Shown here: positions 33,501 through 48,500 of the stretch, in pieces
How the letters are laid out: each line of letters opens with the position of its first letter
Numbering within the stretch: the stretch's first letter is position 1
Assembly (NCBI GenBank): GCA_030141605.1
Contig: JAQGDQ010000135.1
Span: 310,001-374,000, forward strand
Reading direction: 5' to 3'
Length of the DNA stretch: 64,000 nucleotides
DNA from: Tubiluchus corallicola
Taxonomy: Eukaryota; Animalia; Priapulida
Made by a program: the position numbers and the translations under genes
Notes under the pieces: model-generated
The model's database searches: none
The model's input: only the letters and a program-made list of their open reading frames with translations
What the model was told of the DNA's origin: nothing

Positions 33501-36500
33501 AATTTTCTGTAAGTTTCTGTATGATCTATTGACTAGTATATGTCAAGTTAACTCGCCAAGTAACTCGCTAGTCTGAACGCGCCGTTATACTCAAATCGCA
33601 AGTTACTTCTAAACAAGTGGAATATGAACACAAATATTTGTTATTATTTCCCTGAATGCTTATATGTCGTTAGACATATAAGAAAAAAACTATTTTGCGT
33701 TACTGCTGCTTATAATGCTACTTGTATTTCATTGTGCTAAAGGTCTTTTTAATATGCACCCAATTTGTATTTACCTGACTTGTTATGGACTAACTTCTTA
33801 CACCTATCCTGTAATTTGTAATCTTATTATAATTTTGTTGGCCAATAAATTACATACATACATACATACTCTGACCAGTAACTATTGTTTAGAATGTGTG
33901 CCACAAATTTGTTAAAGTGATCAATACTGTTGCAAATTATACCACTGGATTCATGTTGACTATGTTTCGAGTTGACACTGGACAAATGCATCCCCTTCTC
34001 AGCAAAATGACAGTTAGTCTGTATCTGTAGTTGAGCAAATATTCCAATTTAGATAATTCGTTTGACGTTGATCTGTAGTGTCACAAAAGCTTGTCTTGTC
34101 ATTGAACACTTCTCAGTTCACGACACTGAACATAAAATTTCATTATAGGACAATCACACTCTTCAGCCAACAAAAGAAAATTTGCAAGAGCTAAAAATAG
34201 CCCTTCAAACTACAGAAGCCCAACTGTAGAATACGCAAGTAAAAACAAAATAAAGGATAAACTTTAGAAATCTTAAAAGGATCTCTAGAAAAGATGAAAT
34301 TTTTTGTTCAACCCGTGTCAGAATTTCGCATTTTTAAATTTGGTATTATTTATAATATGCACCTACATTAATCGCAAAAATTTTATTCCAATGCAAAGAG
34401 AAATACATTTTAATGAATTTCTAAAAAGAACTTTCTTTTTATTTCTCCACCAGATATAATTTTATTACAAATATAATTAGCTCAGGTCGAAATCTCAAGG
34501 AACTATTATTATTTATAAACTGTCGCATAAATATATAAAACCATTAGTTATAAGTAAGTAGACACAGCATCTACCCATTCATTCCAGTTATTTGTTTTTT
34601 TTAATTAAAGTGTAACTGGCGACTATTTGGGTTATTTGGCAATATATTAGCTCACTAATTATAATATTATATAATTTCTCTTAATTCTGTGTACTCTTTG
34701 TCTTTTGAAGTGCACAATACGTTTGGACCTGAATATCATCTGTAATTCATTCTAGATAGCCAATAAGCCTAACATTTTATCTATTTATAAGTAAAAACGC
34801 TGAGTACCCTGGCACGGCAAAACTCTGTAATTACGTGCTCATGTATTTCTCAGACAATAATGAACATTCAAACTGTGCCAATCGAAAGTGAATAAGGTTA
34901 CAGTTCGTGCTCCACGCATATCAGACGTCACGTCCTATTCTAAATGATTTGGCTAAAAAAGTCATTATGTAATAATTACAGACCACCTGAACGGTTTTAA
35001 TGAGAAAACCTCAAGCTTGTATGTCATTAAATTATTAAGTTTCACTAAGTTCGTGATGCATGTAATATAGCACATAAATCAATCAGATGCAAGCCAGTTA
35101 CCCTAAAGACATTGAGCCAATTTTTTTTCTTGTTTGTCCATGGGTAATTCAAGATGCAAATACTATTATTCTTATACTATTATACTATAATATTATACTA
35201 TTACGATTGTAATTAGTATAATCTTTCATCATTGCCAGAACGTGATGAACATCAAACCAGTGGTAACGAAAAAAACGAGTTAAAACAAAAGTTTGCACTG
35301 ATTTTCTTTATAAGTTTTAAATTACACTTATTTCACCTCTGTTTTTGATGTTAATTAATTCTCACAGACATGAAGGTCTTATACGTTACGTTACTTACAT
35401 AGAAACATCCGTGATATCATGCTACACACGAGCAATTCACACGACACCACACCACATTACACTACATAACACTACACTACACCACGCAGGCACTACATTA
35501 CACCACATGATACCCACCACACCACACCAACGCGCTGCACGACACTACATCACAGTACACCATACTTCTCCACTACGGCCGGATTTAGATTATATAGATT
35601 TTTTGGCTACAGGTACTGAGGACTCGACCCCCAGTAACAATTAACAACAGTACGAATGTTAGATTCTTCAAATCAGTTTATTCAACTTCTACAACATAAT
35701 GCCAACATTAGGCCCACATAGACGGTGCAAGTCTAACAAAAAGAGAAGAGATATTCTGATATTTACATAATTGAAATAAGTTTGAAATACTAAATATAAT
35801 ACGTACAATTTACAATAAACAAATTACTGGTATTTTAACGTGTATCATAAAATATCCTGTTACTAGTACCAATAAAGTTCTCTTAGGACAGAGATATCTT
35901 ATCTCTGTCAGAGGAGATGTGACCTCATTTCCTACAAAATTTTGTGATTGTAAACAGGATTGCCAATGTACCAGTACCAATGACTTGGAAAAATGGACAA
36001 GAAAATTTTTTTATACAGTATATTAATTAAATGAGCCGTTTTTAAATAGATAATTCGATAGTAACTTTTCACAGTAAATTAATTTTACTTAATCTCTGAA
36101 GACCCTCAGCTGACGGAGGCTCCTGGGCTGCTGCTCATGTAGCCTGTGCCTTAATCCGGCACTGTTCTTCACATCTCATCACATCCCACCGCTTCATGAA
36201 ACTTCGCACCTCACCACACTTCGCTACCTATGCACCATATCACCACACTACACTTCGCCTCACAAAAACAGACCACACAAATTAACACACCGCATCACAG
36301 AGCTCCTATACTGTGACACGGATACGTGACATGGGATCCGTTATACAGATTCTAAGAATATACCACACCATAATCATCATACTACTTTTAACGTTTTTCA
36401 TTGGTTCATAAGCTAATTATCCTGACGCTCGTGTCACCTGGTAGCCAGCCAGAATGATTCTTACAAATTACACAGATGTTTTACATTGATCACATTAAAT

Positions 36501-39500
36501 ATTACAGTTATCATGGTCATTCCGTTCTGTTTATGGTAAATTAGCTTCGTGACATTTTGCCCGTCCAGTTATAATGGTCACGTCACACACTGGCGAGGAA
36601 TTTTCGATCAAATCAGAACTTTTGCAGCATTTTTTGCCTTTTATATCTTTCAGCTGAAGGCAGTAAGCAAAATCAAAAATTAATTTTAATATTAGAGAAA
36701 ACCTCACTTGCCATAATGCATATAGCGTTTTCTAATTTGGCAAAGGACACAAAATAAAAAAGACCAAAATGCCCTTTAAGTACCCATAAATAATTTCTTA
36801 TTTTATCCAAAAGGATTGTTATACTTCATCAGCAGCAAGGAGAAATACGATTATTATTATTATTATTGTGAAGCTTGTGGAGAAAATAAACATTATTTTT
36901 TGAGATTTACAGGGCATTTTGACCTTCCTAGCTTTTTAGCTTTTATGATCATGTTAGGTCTCAGGAAGATCATTATTTTGTTTTGATCGTGAAATCAAAT
37001 TTTGAAGTGTCACGTATTTTCTGACCTGTCGACATTTTCCGAAGCCTGTATGTGCCAAGAACTGTGTCAAGCGGATCTGGATGTCTAAAAAGTTTAATGA
37101 GGCGAGCCAAGCAAGCTTTCATTAAGTTTTGAGAACATGCTGTAGGCCTACTTTTCAATTAAATGAAGTGAATTTCCTGAAACATCTGAAGTAATAGCGG
37201 ATCAGTTTTTCATTACTGAATGCAAGCGAAACTTTACTGAACGTATAAGCGACCATCGTTAAATGGGTAATGGTACATATTTTGATGAATGAAAAACTGA
37301 GCCTCTCGAACAACTTTTAATAATTGTTTATCTAGCGAAGGGAAATAGACAAGTTAAATTCAATGTGAAACTTTTGTATAGGTGTTATTATTGTCAAAGG
37401 AGTATCTGTTGATATTTTGCTTCTTCAAAAGCAGTAAACCTAATCACGCTAGAAAGCTGTAATCTTGTTACCGAAGCAATTCAACGAAAATAGTCCCAGC
37501 TTGAAACTTTTCTCACTTGTGAGTGTAATCATACTGAATAAAAATTATTTTGTTACAGTTATATTGTTGAGTCTGAGAGATGTAAGAACAGTTCTACTGA
37601 CTGCATTAGACCTGGGAATGATGAATGGCGACTGGGTGTTTATGGATGTCGTCATTTTTGGATCGAATTATTACGGGCAGCATGAATGGCGAGTAGGCGA
37701 CGGTAAGGATGAAAACGCTAGACGTGCTTACGGAAGTCTTCTCAGGGTTACACTGATGAAGCCAACAAGTGATGCTTTCTCCGAGTTTGCTATTCAGGTG
37801 AAACATCGATCTCTGAACGATTACGGTTTCAATATGTATTCCGAAGAGGTACTTCATAAGTTCTTAATAAGTAGCGTAATTTAAGTTACATGCTTACTTA
37901 CCTGCTAGTTTTAATTATATATGTACCTGCTTGCATGCTTGATTGATTGTTCCCTTCTTTTGTTTCTTCTTCCCTTCCTTCCTTTCTTCCTTCCTTCTTT
38001 ACTTTACTTACGTACTTGCTCGCTTGCTTATGTACTTAATTACGTATCTACTTACATATCTACCTACCTGCCTACCTAGCTACCTACCTACCTACCTACC
38101 TACCTACCTACCTACCTACCTACCTACCTACCTACCTACCTACCTACCTACCTACCTACCTACCTACCTACCTACCTAACTTACCCACCTAGCTACGTAG
38201 CTACCTACCTACCTACCTACCTACCTACCTACCTAACTTACCCACCTAGCTACGTAGCTACCTAACTACCAACCCGCCTAAGTATCCACTCAGCCACCTA
38301 CCTGCTTATCTACCTACCTACTAATCTGTCTGCCTGCCTGCCTGCCTACCTACTAATCTGTCTGCCTACCAACCAACCAACCAACCGACCGACCGACCAA
38401 CCAACCAACCAACCAACCAACCAACCAAACAACCAACCTACCTACCTACCTACCTACCTACCTACCTACCTACCTACCTACCTACCTACCTACCTACTTA
38501 CTTATTAACTTACAAATTTTATTTACTTATTTACTTACTTACTTGCTAGCTTTCTTACTTACTTACTCATTCACTCGTTTACTCCTTACTTACCCAATTA
38601 CTGTCATATATCGGTGTCAAAATGTGCTCTGACAAAAATGGTAATTGTGGAAATGGTTTTAAATGAAAATGATACGGATTAGCATTGTACCTCAAATGAA
38701 GACATAAAATTATGATGATGAGGATGATGACGATAATGATGAAGATACGATGATGATGATGATGATGATGATGATGACGAGATGATGACGACGATGATAA
38801 TGATGCTGACTATGATGATAACATGCCATGGTACATTTCCAGGTGAGTTTTTTCGTGGGTGCTTTTCATGACAGTGTTATTCTATACGGATTAGCATTAA
38901 ACGAAACGTTAGATGAAGGACTTGATGAAAGAGATGGACTCAGTATTACTCGTCGGATGTGGAACAGAACATTTCAAGGTAACTTTTTGAATGTAATTAA
39001 TAGGATGGTAGGACTTGTAAGAGTCAACAAAAACGTTATAATAGCAGCAACGACAGCATCAGCCCTCACATCATCAACAAGTAGCATCACTACGCAGCAC
39101 CAGCACCAAACATCGCTAAACCGTGCAGCTACAGCGCTTATTATCAAAATCTATAAGTACTGCTATTAAGCAGTTGTAAATAGAAAGTATTTTTAGCATC
39201 ACCGTTTTAGGTCTTTTATCTTCAGAAACTATGTGCAGCATGGCGACCACTAAAGTCACATTAATTAAACTTCTTTCCTGAGTAAGCTAATAATAGTAGT
39301 AATTGTAATAGAAATAGCAAATATGGCAGGGGTGGACCTTATGGGTTAAGGGTTTCACGGCCCTTAGGCTATCAACAAACAAAGAGCCTAAACGAAGAAA
39401 CTTATGTAGGGATCAGACTGCCATCTATAAAAATTTTAATTGTTATGGAGCTGTTCTTCAGTTTTTGTATAGGCTTATCAACTGCCTTTGTCGTTGCTCG

Positions 39501-42500
39501 TGGTGAATTGGAATGATTTTGTTTGTCATGCCCTTTCGTCTGGATTAACCAAAAGACGAGTTGCTGTTCGTCATTGAGTATACATCTAGTGAAGATTCTA
39601 AAGTGTTGGACAATGGGAAATATGCTGCCCATGTCTAAATGTTTTACTATTTAGACACTAGAGACACTTGTTGAATTCTCGTGTCTAAGCGGCTTGTGTT
39701 CAAGTGATCTAGGTATCCAAAACAGAAAATGCCCAAGTTGCCAATGTGGCCAAGACTACCTGTGTCTAAATGTTTTGTGGAGTAGCATCCTGCGACCAAA
39801 TGTGTGGGTCTACAGTGAAAAATGGAATATTTCGCGTACAATATAAGGATCAATTGCTCTAGTGCTTATTAGCAAGTGGTTACTGGAAAACAAATATAAG
39901 CACTTGTCTTTAGTATGGACCATTTAAGTAATTTTGTTATTCTGTTTACTAAATATGATTATCCCTGTCTATTGCGTGGTCATCGGTCTTAGGACTCCGA
40001 GGGCCAATCAATCAAAATTTAGGGCCTAAGGCTAGAGTCTTATTAGCTAAACCATCCCCGAATATGCCTCTATCAGCTTGAGCTCTTTGCTTTGTGAATA
40101 ACATCAAGTTTGTTCCTTAGTTAGGACTATCGATTGCTACAGGTTTCACATAAGTTAGCAGCTGCACGTATTTTGATTATTGGAAATTGATTAGTACATG
40201 TAGGAAAAAAAACTAATGCAAATAAAAATGTCACGCTATGCATTAGCATATGTAAGAGAGAGTCGGTGACAAAAGAGACCTGAGTGACAGGGTAATTTAC
40301 TACATTCACTGAGAAGACACCGTGAGTTTTTCCTCATTTCTCAATTTAAACTGAACTTCTTGTGAAGGCGTACAGTTTTTATTCATTCTCCTAATGCACA
40401 CAAAATTACATACAGCACAGTACAAAAATACACGTTTCACATAAAAAAATTGGGATAAAAAAATAAAACTATACATTACTCAAAATTATTACATAAATTG
40501 CATTTTAAAATTTTGTGCACGACTAGAGAAAGGAAAAAGTCCATTAGGCGCAGGACACTTGCAGAAGACTAGAACATTTGTTTACAGCACATCATCGATC
40601 AGAATTATGTTAAAATGCAAAAATTAGTTGAAACTATTTAATCTACTACTGAAAATTTCACAATTATTATTGTCTACCATTTCGTTTGTTAATGAATTCC
40701 ACATCCTTGCAATACGATTTTCAAAGGAAAATTTACACACATCTAATTTTGCAAAACTACTGTATAATTTTCGACAGGGACCTCTTAAACCCCAACGTAG
40801 GGCTGAAGTGAAAAAAAATCGTTAAAATCTAAATCCACTATAGAGTTGGAAATTTTATAGACCATTTTTAAGTCAAAAATAATTTTGTTCTAAGGACTGC
40901 AGTTTTAGATATAATAATCTTGCTATATAATTTGCATGATTTAATCCGCATCTCACATGTAGACATCTAGTAAAATAGTGTTGCACATATTCAATTAAAT
41001 CAACAAGTGTCTTGTGATGTGGATTTCAAAGGGGAATACAATACTCTAGCAAAGGTCTGACATACGATTTGTAAGCCGTAATTAGACACTTCATGTTCTT
41101 AATGTGAAAGGATCTAAAGATCATTATGATTGGCTAAATTAATCCCCATTTTACCTGGCCGTTTGCTATTTAACGTTTTTCTGACACCAATCTGCCTGTT
41201 TTATTTTTCACAATTTTAAGGTGTTGGCGGCGAAATTGCCATGGATGACAATGGCGACAGAATAATGGACTACAGTATTCTTGACTTTGACGACACCGTT
41301 GGCGAGTTTGTTGCAATCGGACATCATTTTGGCAAAACTGCTGAATTTGTGCAGTCAGGATTCATAAACTGGCCAGGAGGGCGCACTAGTCCCCCGCCAG
41401 ACATTCCGTACTGTGGTTTCACCGGGCAGAATCCCATATGTACAGGTAAGCAGCATGGCGGCCTTATATACAGTAATGCTGAAGCCTAGTGCCGCAAAAA
41501 TAAATGGGGGCCTCTGGCCAAAATGTATAAATTTGAATTGTATAAATGTATAAATTTTAAATTGACACAATTAATTGCTACGCTTTCCCCTAGCTCTAAG
41601 CTTTTGTAGACTTCGAGCTTACAGTAATTTTCATTGCACTTCTATCGCATTCAAACTTGGAAGTTTCCTAATAACTATTGAAGTGTTTTGAAGATTAATT
41701 TTTCTAACGTGAAAAAGGCTAAATATTTTAGCTTAGCAGTAGTTTTCTCCCGGATATTTCACAGTACTGATCAGCAGATTTTTTTAAAATTATTAATTAT
41801 TAAATACATCCGTACACCAAAACAGCATAGCCCTTCAAAAGATTTTAAGAATTGGTAATAACATATTTATTATCTATTCAAAGTGCCCAGCTGCAAATGG
41901 CCCATGGGGTGCTCAAAAAGTAATTATTTGTTGCGAGCGCCCTAAATGAATGAGGATTGAGGAAAAGAAAAAGCAGGAGTAAAGAAACAGAAAAGAAAAC
42001 TTGAAGGAGAGTAGAAAGAGAGAAAGCTGTGATAGTAATTGAAATGACGCGTACTATAGAAATCGACATAGCAACGTGATTATCTCGACCGGGGCCTCGG
42101 AATTAGTCAAAGTGATTTATTCTATATAATTAGGGAAGATTTCATTTTTAAAATTTCTTTTGAAGGCATTTATAGATGTAGATTTTTTTTATGCAAGTGA
42201 TATTTTAGAATGTATCACCTGAAGATTGTTTACCGAGTGAGAATTGCTAATCCTGGGTGAACATGTGTCAATAATGACAGAACCAAGTATAACAGCATAA
42301 AGTAGGATTTAAGGTACACTGTCATGTACAAGGTACATGACCATCTCATTAACAGAAAATTTATTTTATCTTTCTGTAGAAGAAATAATTTTATTATTCT
42401 ACATTGTAAAATTTTTACATTGTTTAACAAGAAATATGCATTTTCATTCACTACTATATTTAGTATATTTAGCAATACCATCGTGTATCCTTTAGCGAAG

Positions 42501-45500
42501 GAGCTGAGGCTTGACTAATCGACGTTTCTGTAATCGTGAGGCTGGGAACCTAAAAGGCAGTTGGGTTATCAGACAAAAGTCATTTATTTCTAATGGAATT
42601 GATAAGGAAATACCGAAACAATGAAATTACTTAAAAAATGTTTGATGATAATGGTGTTCTTGGAGCTGCGTGATGAGAGTAACGATGACGATTATGATGA
42701 TGATGATGATGGTGATGATGAAATGATGATGATGATGATGATGATAATGATAAGGATATGACGCTGAAGAGAGCGAAGACAATAGTGATGATGATGGTGA
42801 TTATGGTGTAGAGATGGTAACTTAATGGCCGTTGTAATGGTTGGTGATTATAAAGACAATGACGCCGATTTAAAAAAAAAACAGCATTTATGGCAGAGTC
42901 ATAATTTTTTTGAAGCCACTCCGAGAATGCAAGTGGTCAGGCATGTCGAATGTTGTGGACAAAGAAAAAATCCGTTACGTGTAGCCTGTCTTATCAAATG
43001 TTCTGAAGGAATGAGTCCAATGACTGAAACATGAAGTAATACGCTATTATATTTAGACATCACTTTACGTATACCGTTACTCGAGGTTGCGACAGTTATA
43101 TTCAGTGTTATTACAGCTTTAGATTAAATGTGTTATCACAACGTTGTTGGCAACGAATTATTATTAATTAGTATAACTAGCCAAACACAGGTAAAATGCT
43201 CATAAACCGGCGACAATCTACACCACACCACGCCTCACCAGACCATGATGATGACGACGTTGCTGATGATGAGTATAACATAACACTGACACTATCATCG
43301 AAATTAATAGAGACTGTTAGAAACTTGTGGAACATATAGCTATAATTAAGAGAATTAAGATCGCATGTTATAGGCTTTTTTATTTAGGACATGAATTTTT
43401 CGAATAAGATTTTTGACAGATTTAAAGTTTCAGTTTTATACATAATTTCGTTTTTTACAAATCTAAAGTGGCGTTTACGTAGCATCCGGATACGTTTTGG
43501 TGGCGCGGATTAGACGAAATCGGTTTATATTGTTTTCAATGCATCCGTGTATGCAGCCTGCGTATGCGTTATTCTTTCTCTGCAGCTATTCCTATTGATT
43601 TTTTCCGTACTCTGTTCCGCATTGGAAAACGCATCCGCATGCTACATAAACGCCACTTTACGAAGATTTTTGCTTATAAATGTGTCTCAATTTCAGAGGA
43701 TAAACAGCTCAGTATTTATCTTGTGCCTCCACTTGTAGGATTGGTCGTCATTTTTACAGTGGCGTTCTTTTTCGTTTACAGGTAAACTGACATTTTCATG
43801 GCATGTATTGTTTAATAATTGCATGAATGACTGAGTGAAAAAAGAAAATATGAATGAATGAAGAATGAATAGGGGAATGAATGAATGAATGAATAGGCTA
43901 ATGAATCAATGAATGAGTGAATAATTGATTGACTAACTGACTGACTGACTGACTGACTGGCTCATTGAACAATTGAACGAACGAACGATTGATTGAATGA
44001 ATAAACAACCATAGACAAATAAAATGTAACGAAAGTCGTGGAACTATAAGTGCAAGGCGTAAGGTTTTGTGGACGGTTTAAACTTCTGAAATAATTATGA
44101 GGACTAAGTGGCTTTATATGTGCTGTCGAGTAGGTTCTGTAAGAAAAAGGTTGACATTTAATGCCATTGTTTTACTCATTATTAGGATATTACAAAGGCT
44201 ATTTTCGAGAAAGTTTGTCTTGCAAACAAGAGCAGGCTGAATAAATTGCTTGTTATTTTCAAGTTCTACATTAACTAAAGGCACGAGAGCTCTGAACGTG
44301 ATTTCCTAACAGAGGCACTTGTGAATTTTTTTTAGGCGGATGAAATTGGAAGCTCAACTGACCAACATGTCTTGGCGAGTAAAGTGGGCAGATCTGAATT
44401 TTCTTAGACAGAAAAGCGTCTACGGCAGCGCTGTTGCTAGCATAAATTCTGTAAGTAAGAAGAGGAGAAGAAGCGTTAATTAAATAATTAATTTACTTTT
44501 CGGTATGATAATTATTTAATACTCAGTAGTGGATGGTAACTGTGCACATCACTATTGGATGTCTTTAAAACGTATAATATGACATGATGGTTAATACATA
44601 AAGAAGAAAATAGTAACTTTTTATTGAAAGAAGAAGCAGCAAGAGAAGAAAAAAGAAGAGGAAGAGGAATATACATAATCAGCTACTTTTGTAGTACTAA
44701 TGCCATGCAGAGCTGAGCAAAATTGAGCATGCAGCACCTGCATCTTGCAGGCCAAAAATTGTGCATCGTGAAACAACCTGCAACGCCAGCTCTATCAAAT
44801 TGTTGCTATAGAGGCACAATGTAACACTGTGTCGTGCAGTACAAAGACGATGCGACACCAACTTCATGTAGCACTGCGGTACCAAAAATACGTTACACTA
44901 ACATCATGCTGCACCATGTTGTACTAATGCTCTTTAGTATCAATATGATAATTATGCTGTGCCAATTTTACGCCGCATCAACATTATGTAAATACCATTT
45001 CGTCCACATGATGCTAACTTAAAGGAAAGCAGGATGATTTTTTAAATCCTACCCCATTTTGAAGTATGATGAAAAGTATACATTTTAAAACCTATAATAA
45101 TACCAAACCGTTTCTGGTAGTTAATTAATAGGTTAAAACCTTAATTAACGACAGAAGAGCCCAACCAGTCATGACATTACAACACAACATATTTTTTGCA
45201 GCATAAATATTCCACGAGCGTGTTGTACGTGCTTGCGAAAGTGATATATAAAAATTCGGCAAATTTTATGTTTGAAATTCAAATTTCAAGTTTACTGTCG
45301 TGCTCTGCTCACGCATGAGCTCTCAAAAGTGCGCACTATGTCGCAACTGAACATTATTATTATTATTATTATTATAATAAATTTTTTATATAGAAATTCA
45401 TTCCAAATCAAGCCTTCTAATTGCAGGGCGAAAGTTACATAGTATTACAAATATTACAGATTATTATTATACCTAATTAACACTTAATATTGCAATTACA

Positions 45501-48500
45501 ATATTAGTGGGTTAGCTTACATTTAAAAAGTTAGTTACAAATAAATACATTTATTCACACACACTCATAATTACATATATATAATAGCACTGGTTCGAAC
45601 TGTCCAGGGGTGATTACTACGAGCCTGGCAGCGAGAACCTGAGGGCGGAACCATTTTTAAATTTACTGAATTTCTGTACATAATGGCTTCTGTTTTATTA
45701 ATTGCAGAGTTTATATTCATACGCCACTTGCAGCATATTATTATTAGTACAGTTTATTACAGTAACTTTGTGCCGCTATATATGTTTCATACACAGTTTC
45801 AGCTGCCACATGGAATGTACTATCATCAGTGTATTTAATTTTTTTAATGTCCTCTTCATCCTTAAGCATATCCTCTGCGACATAAAGCAAAAATAAAATC
45901 GGAGACAGTACTGATCCCTGCGGCAACCCAACACAACAAAAATATTCTGGCGACAGGAAATTATTTACTTTAAGACATATTTTCGATACTTTAAAAACGA
46001 TACAATCAGTGCTAAAAAGTTGCCTTCAAGCTGTGGCGGTTTAACTAGTGAATGGCGAAATGCATGTAAAAACGAAGAACTAGCTGCGAGAACGCGAAAT
46101 TAACATTTTCTGGTAATGGTTCTTTCACGTAAATCATTCTTGAAAAGCCTTCAATCATTTATAAGGTAGATTGTTTTGAGCCATCGTTTAGGATTGGGTC
46201 CGGTTTTTCTTTAAGGAAAAAATGTTATACGGGCGTGAAGTGATGCAAATCTACGAAGTAAATAAATTTTGGACAGTATGGACTTAATATCACCAAGGTC
46301 GCTGACTATCATGGCAACAGTGGGAAAGTTGGACTAGTTTTGTTAAAGCCATTTTAGTTTACCTGTTTTTCACAACACGTCTGGGAAAACCAAAGCACAT
46401 TTGTTAAGCTACTCAAGTCAATAAAGCGTAAAAAGTATGAGGGTACAGCATGGACTCCAAATATCACTTCGATGTAATATTAATGAAGACAACTATTCTT
46501 AACAAAATTCGCAACACAGTTTAAAACGGCATGACGTATTAAAACGGTGATCGATCATAGACATGCAGGATTGCTCTCGATGATATGCGTATGCATACAT
46601 GTGCAAAAAGGTACAAAACAACACATTTACCACTCAGCACGAGTACCATGCGTGAGCATCATGATACAATAACAAGCAGCAATTATATGCTGTAACAATG
46701 ATGAGTATCAAGAAAGAGTGTATATGCACCAGAGTTATGCACTGCGAATATTATTCGGTACGAACAACAAACAGTAAGGTGCAGCACCAATTTCGTGGAA
46801 GGTATGCACTGTATTTTGCTACCACCAGGCAAATGCCAGAAATATACTGAATCAACACCAAGCAATGCCAGAAACATGCTGCACCAACACCCTGCAATGC
46901 CAAGAATGTGGTGCTCCAACACAGTGCAAATACCATGAACATTTATTTATTATATTTATTTATTTTAGTAGCATTAATATTGCTTTGTAAGGTGGCCCAC
47001 AAAACACATTTGCAGTAGAAGTACACAATTTTATGTTACACACATGCACATAGAGATTATATTCAAATGCGGCTTAAATTAGGCTAAATAAAAATCACAC
47101 CGACAAGCTCAAGTTTTACATATTAGAATTACAAATACACAACGGGTAGCAAAAATGGTCCAAGTAACATCATAATGTTTTGTAGAGAAGAGGCCTCTTT
47201 TAAATACTTTGGTAGATTATTCCATAAAATTGCTCCAGAATAATTGAAGAATCACTTACCATATTCAAGATGAACAGTTTTTCTATATAATTTCAAAGAC
47301 GATCTGTGTGATTTTGTGTCAAGATGATGGACATTAACAACATATTGAAAATTATTACATAAATATGACGGTACAATATTATTTAAACATTTATAAATCA
47401 CAATTGCTCTAAGATACGTATAATTCCCTGTTCGCCATGCATAAGACGCATTTTACGCAACATGTCATATCGTGTAGATTCTACACGATAAACACCCAAA
47501 CGGTAATTCAGGATTATACTAACTGCCCTGTTTTACAATAATCTATGTAAGGTATGACAATATCGTTCGAACTGATTGTTTAAGCATGTATTTACATATT
47601 CTCTCATTAATCCATATTTTTGATGTAATTTACTGCATATCTATTACCACGTTTATCCCATTTCATTCTTGGGTCAAACTGCGCACAACGTGCTGCACCA
47701 CATTGCACAGTGCCAGAACATGCTGCACTAAACTGCATAATGCTAGGAACGTACTACGCCAACACCGTGCAATGCCAGGTACTTGCTACACCAACGCAGC
47801 ATAATGGTAGGTACATGCTGAACCGACAAGATGCAATACCAACAGCTTACAGTATAGGGGCGTGCGGGTAAAAAATTTTAAGGGTTCATATCTTTTTAAC
47901 ATTTTTTTCTGTGTTTTCAACACTTTAGGCGTCGGATGCCACCATGAGTCAGAAAGCGAAAACAGATCAAATCACGTCAATGTATAGTGTTGCTTCGTAC
48001 AAGGTAAGCAGATGTACCTGCGATTACGTATAATCCTAATGAAAGCACAATTATTATTCTTTTGCGTGAAAATTTGTGACATTTTTACCAGACAAAGTCT
48101 TCGCGAAAATTACACATCTTCTACGTAATAGTAGCTAAGCATATTTTGCAAGAGTGAAAATATTTTTCAGGGTCTGAAGTTGTTCGTGAAAGTGGTTAAT
48201 AAGAAGAAAATCGAACTCACGAGAAACGTGCTGCTTGAGATAAAGCGGGTAAGAATAACTCGTTAAGCCATTAATGCATGTTCCAAACTCACCTACACTG
48301 TCTGGTACTTAGTAAAGGAAATCGTTGACAGGGAAAGTGGATGCTTCTTTAAATTAGGAAAATTAGAAAGCGAAAAGTGAGTACATTTCGTTTTGTTGCG
48401 TTTATGCGTAGTGTAGTATTTCTTGCCTAAATCCTTCGAGTAAAATGACTTGTCTATATATTATTAAGCTATATAGTATAAGGTATAGGCATAATAAGGT

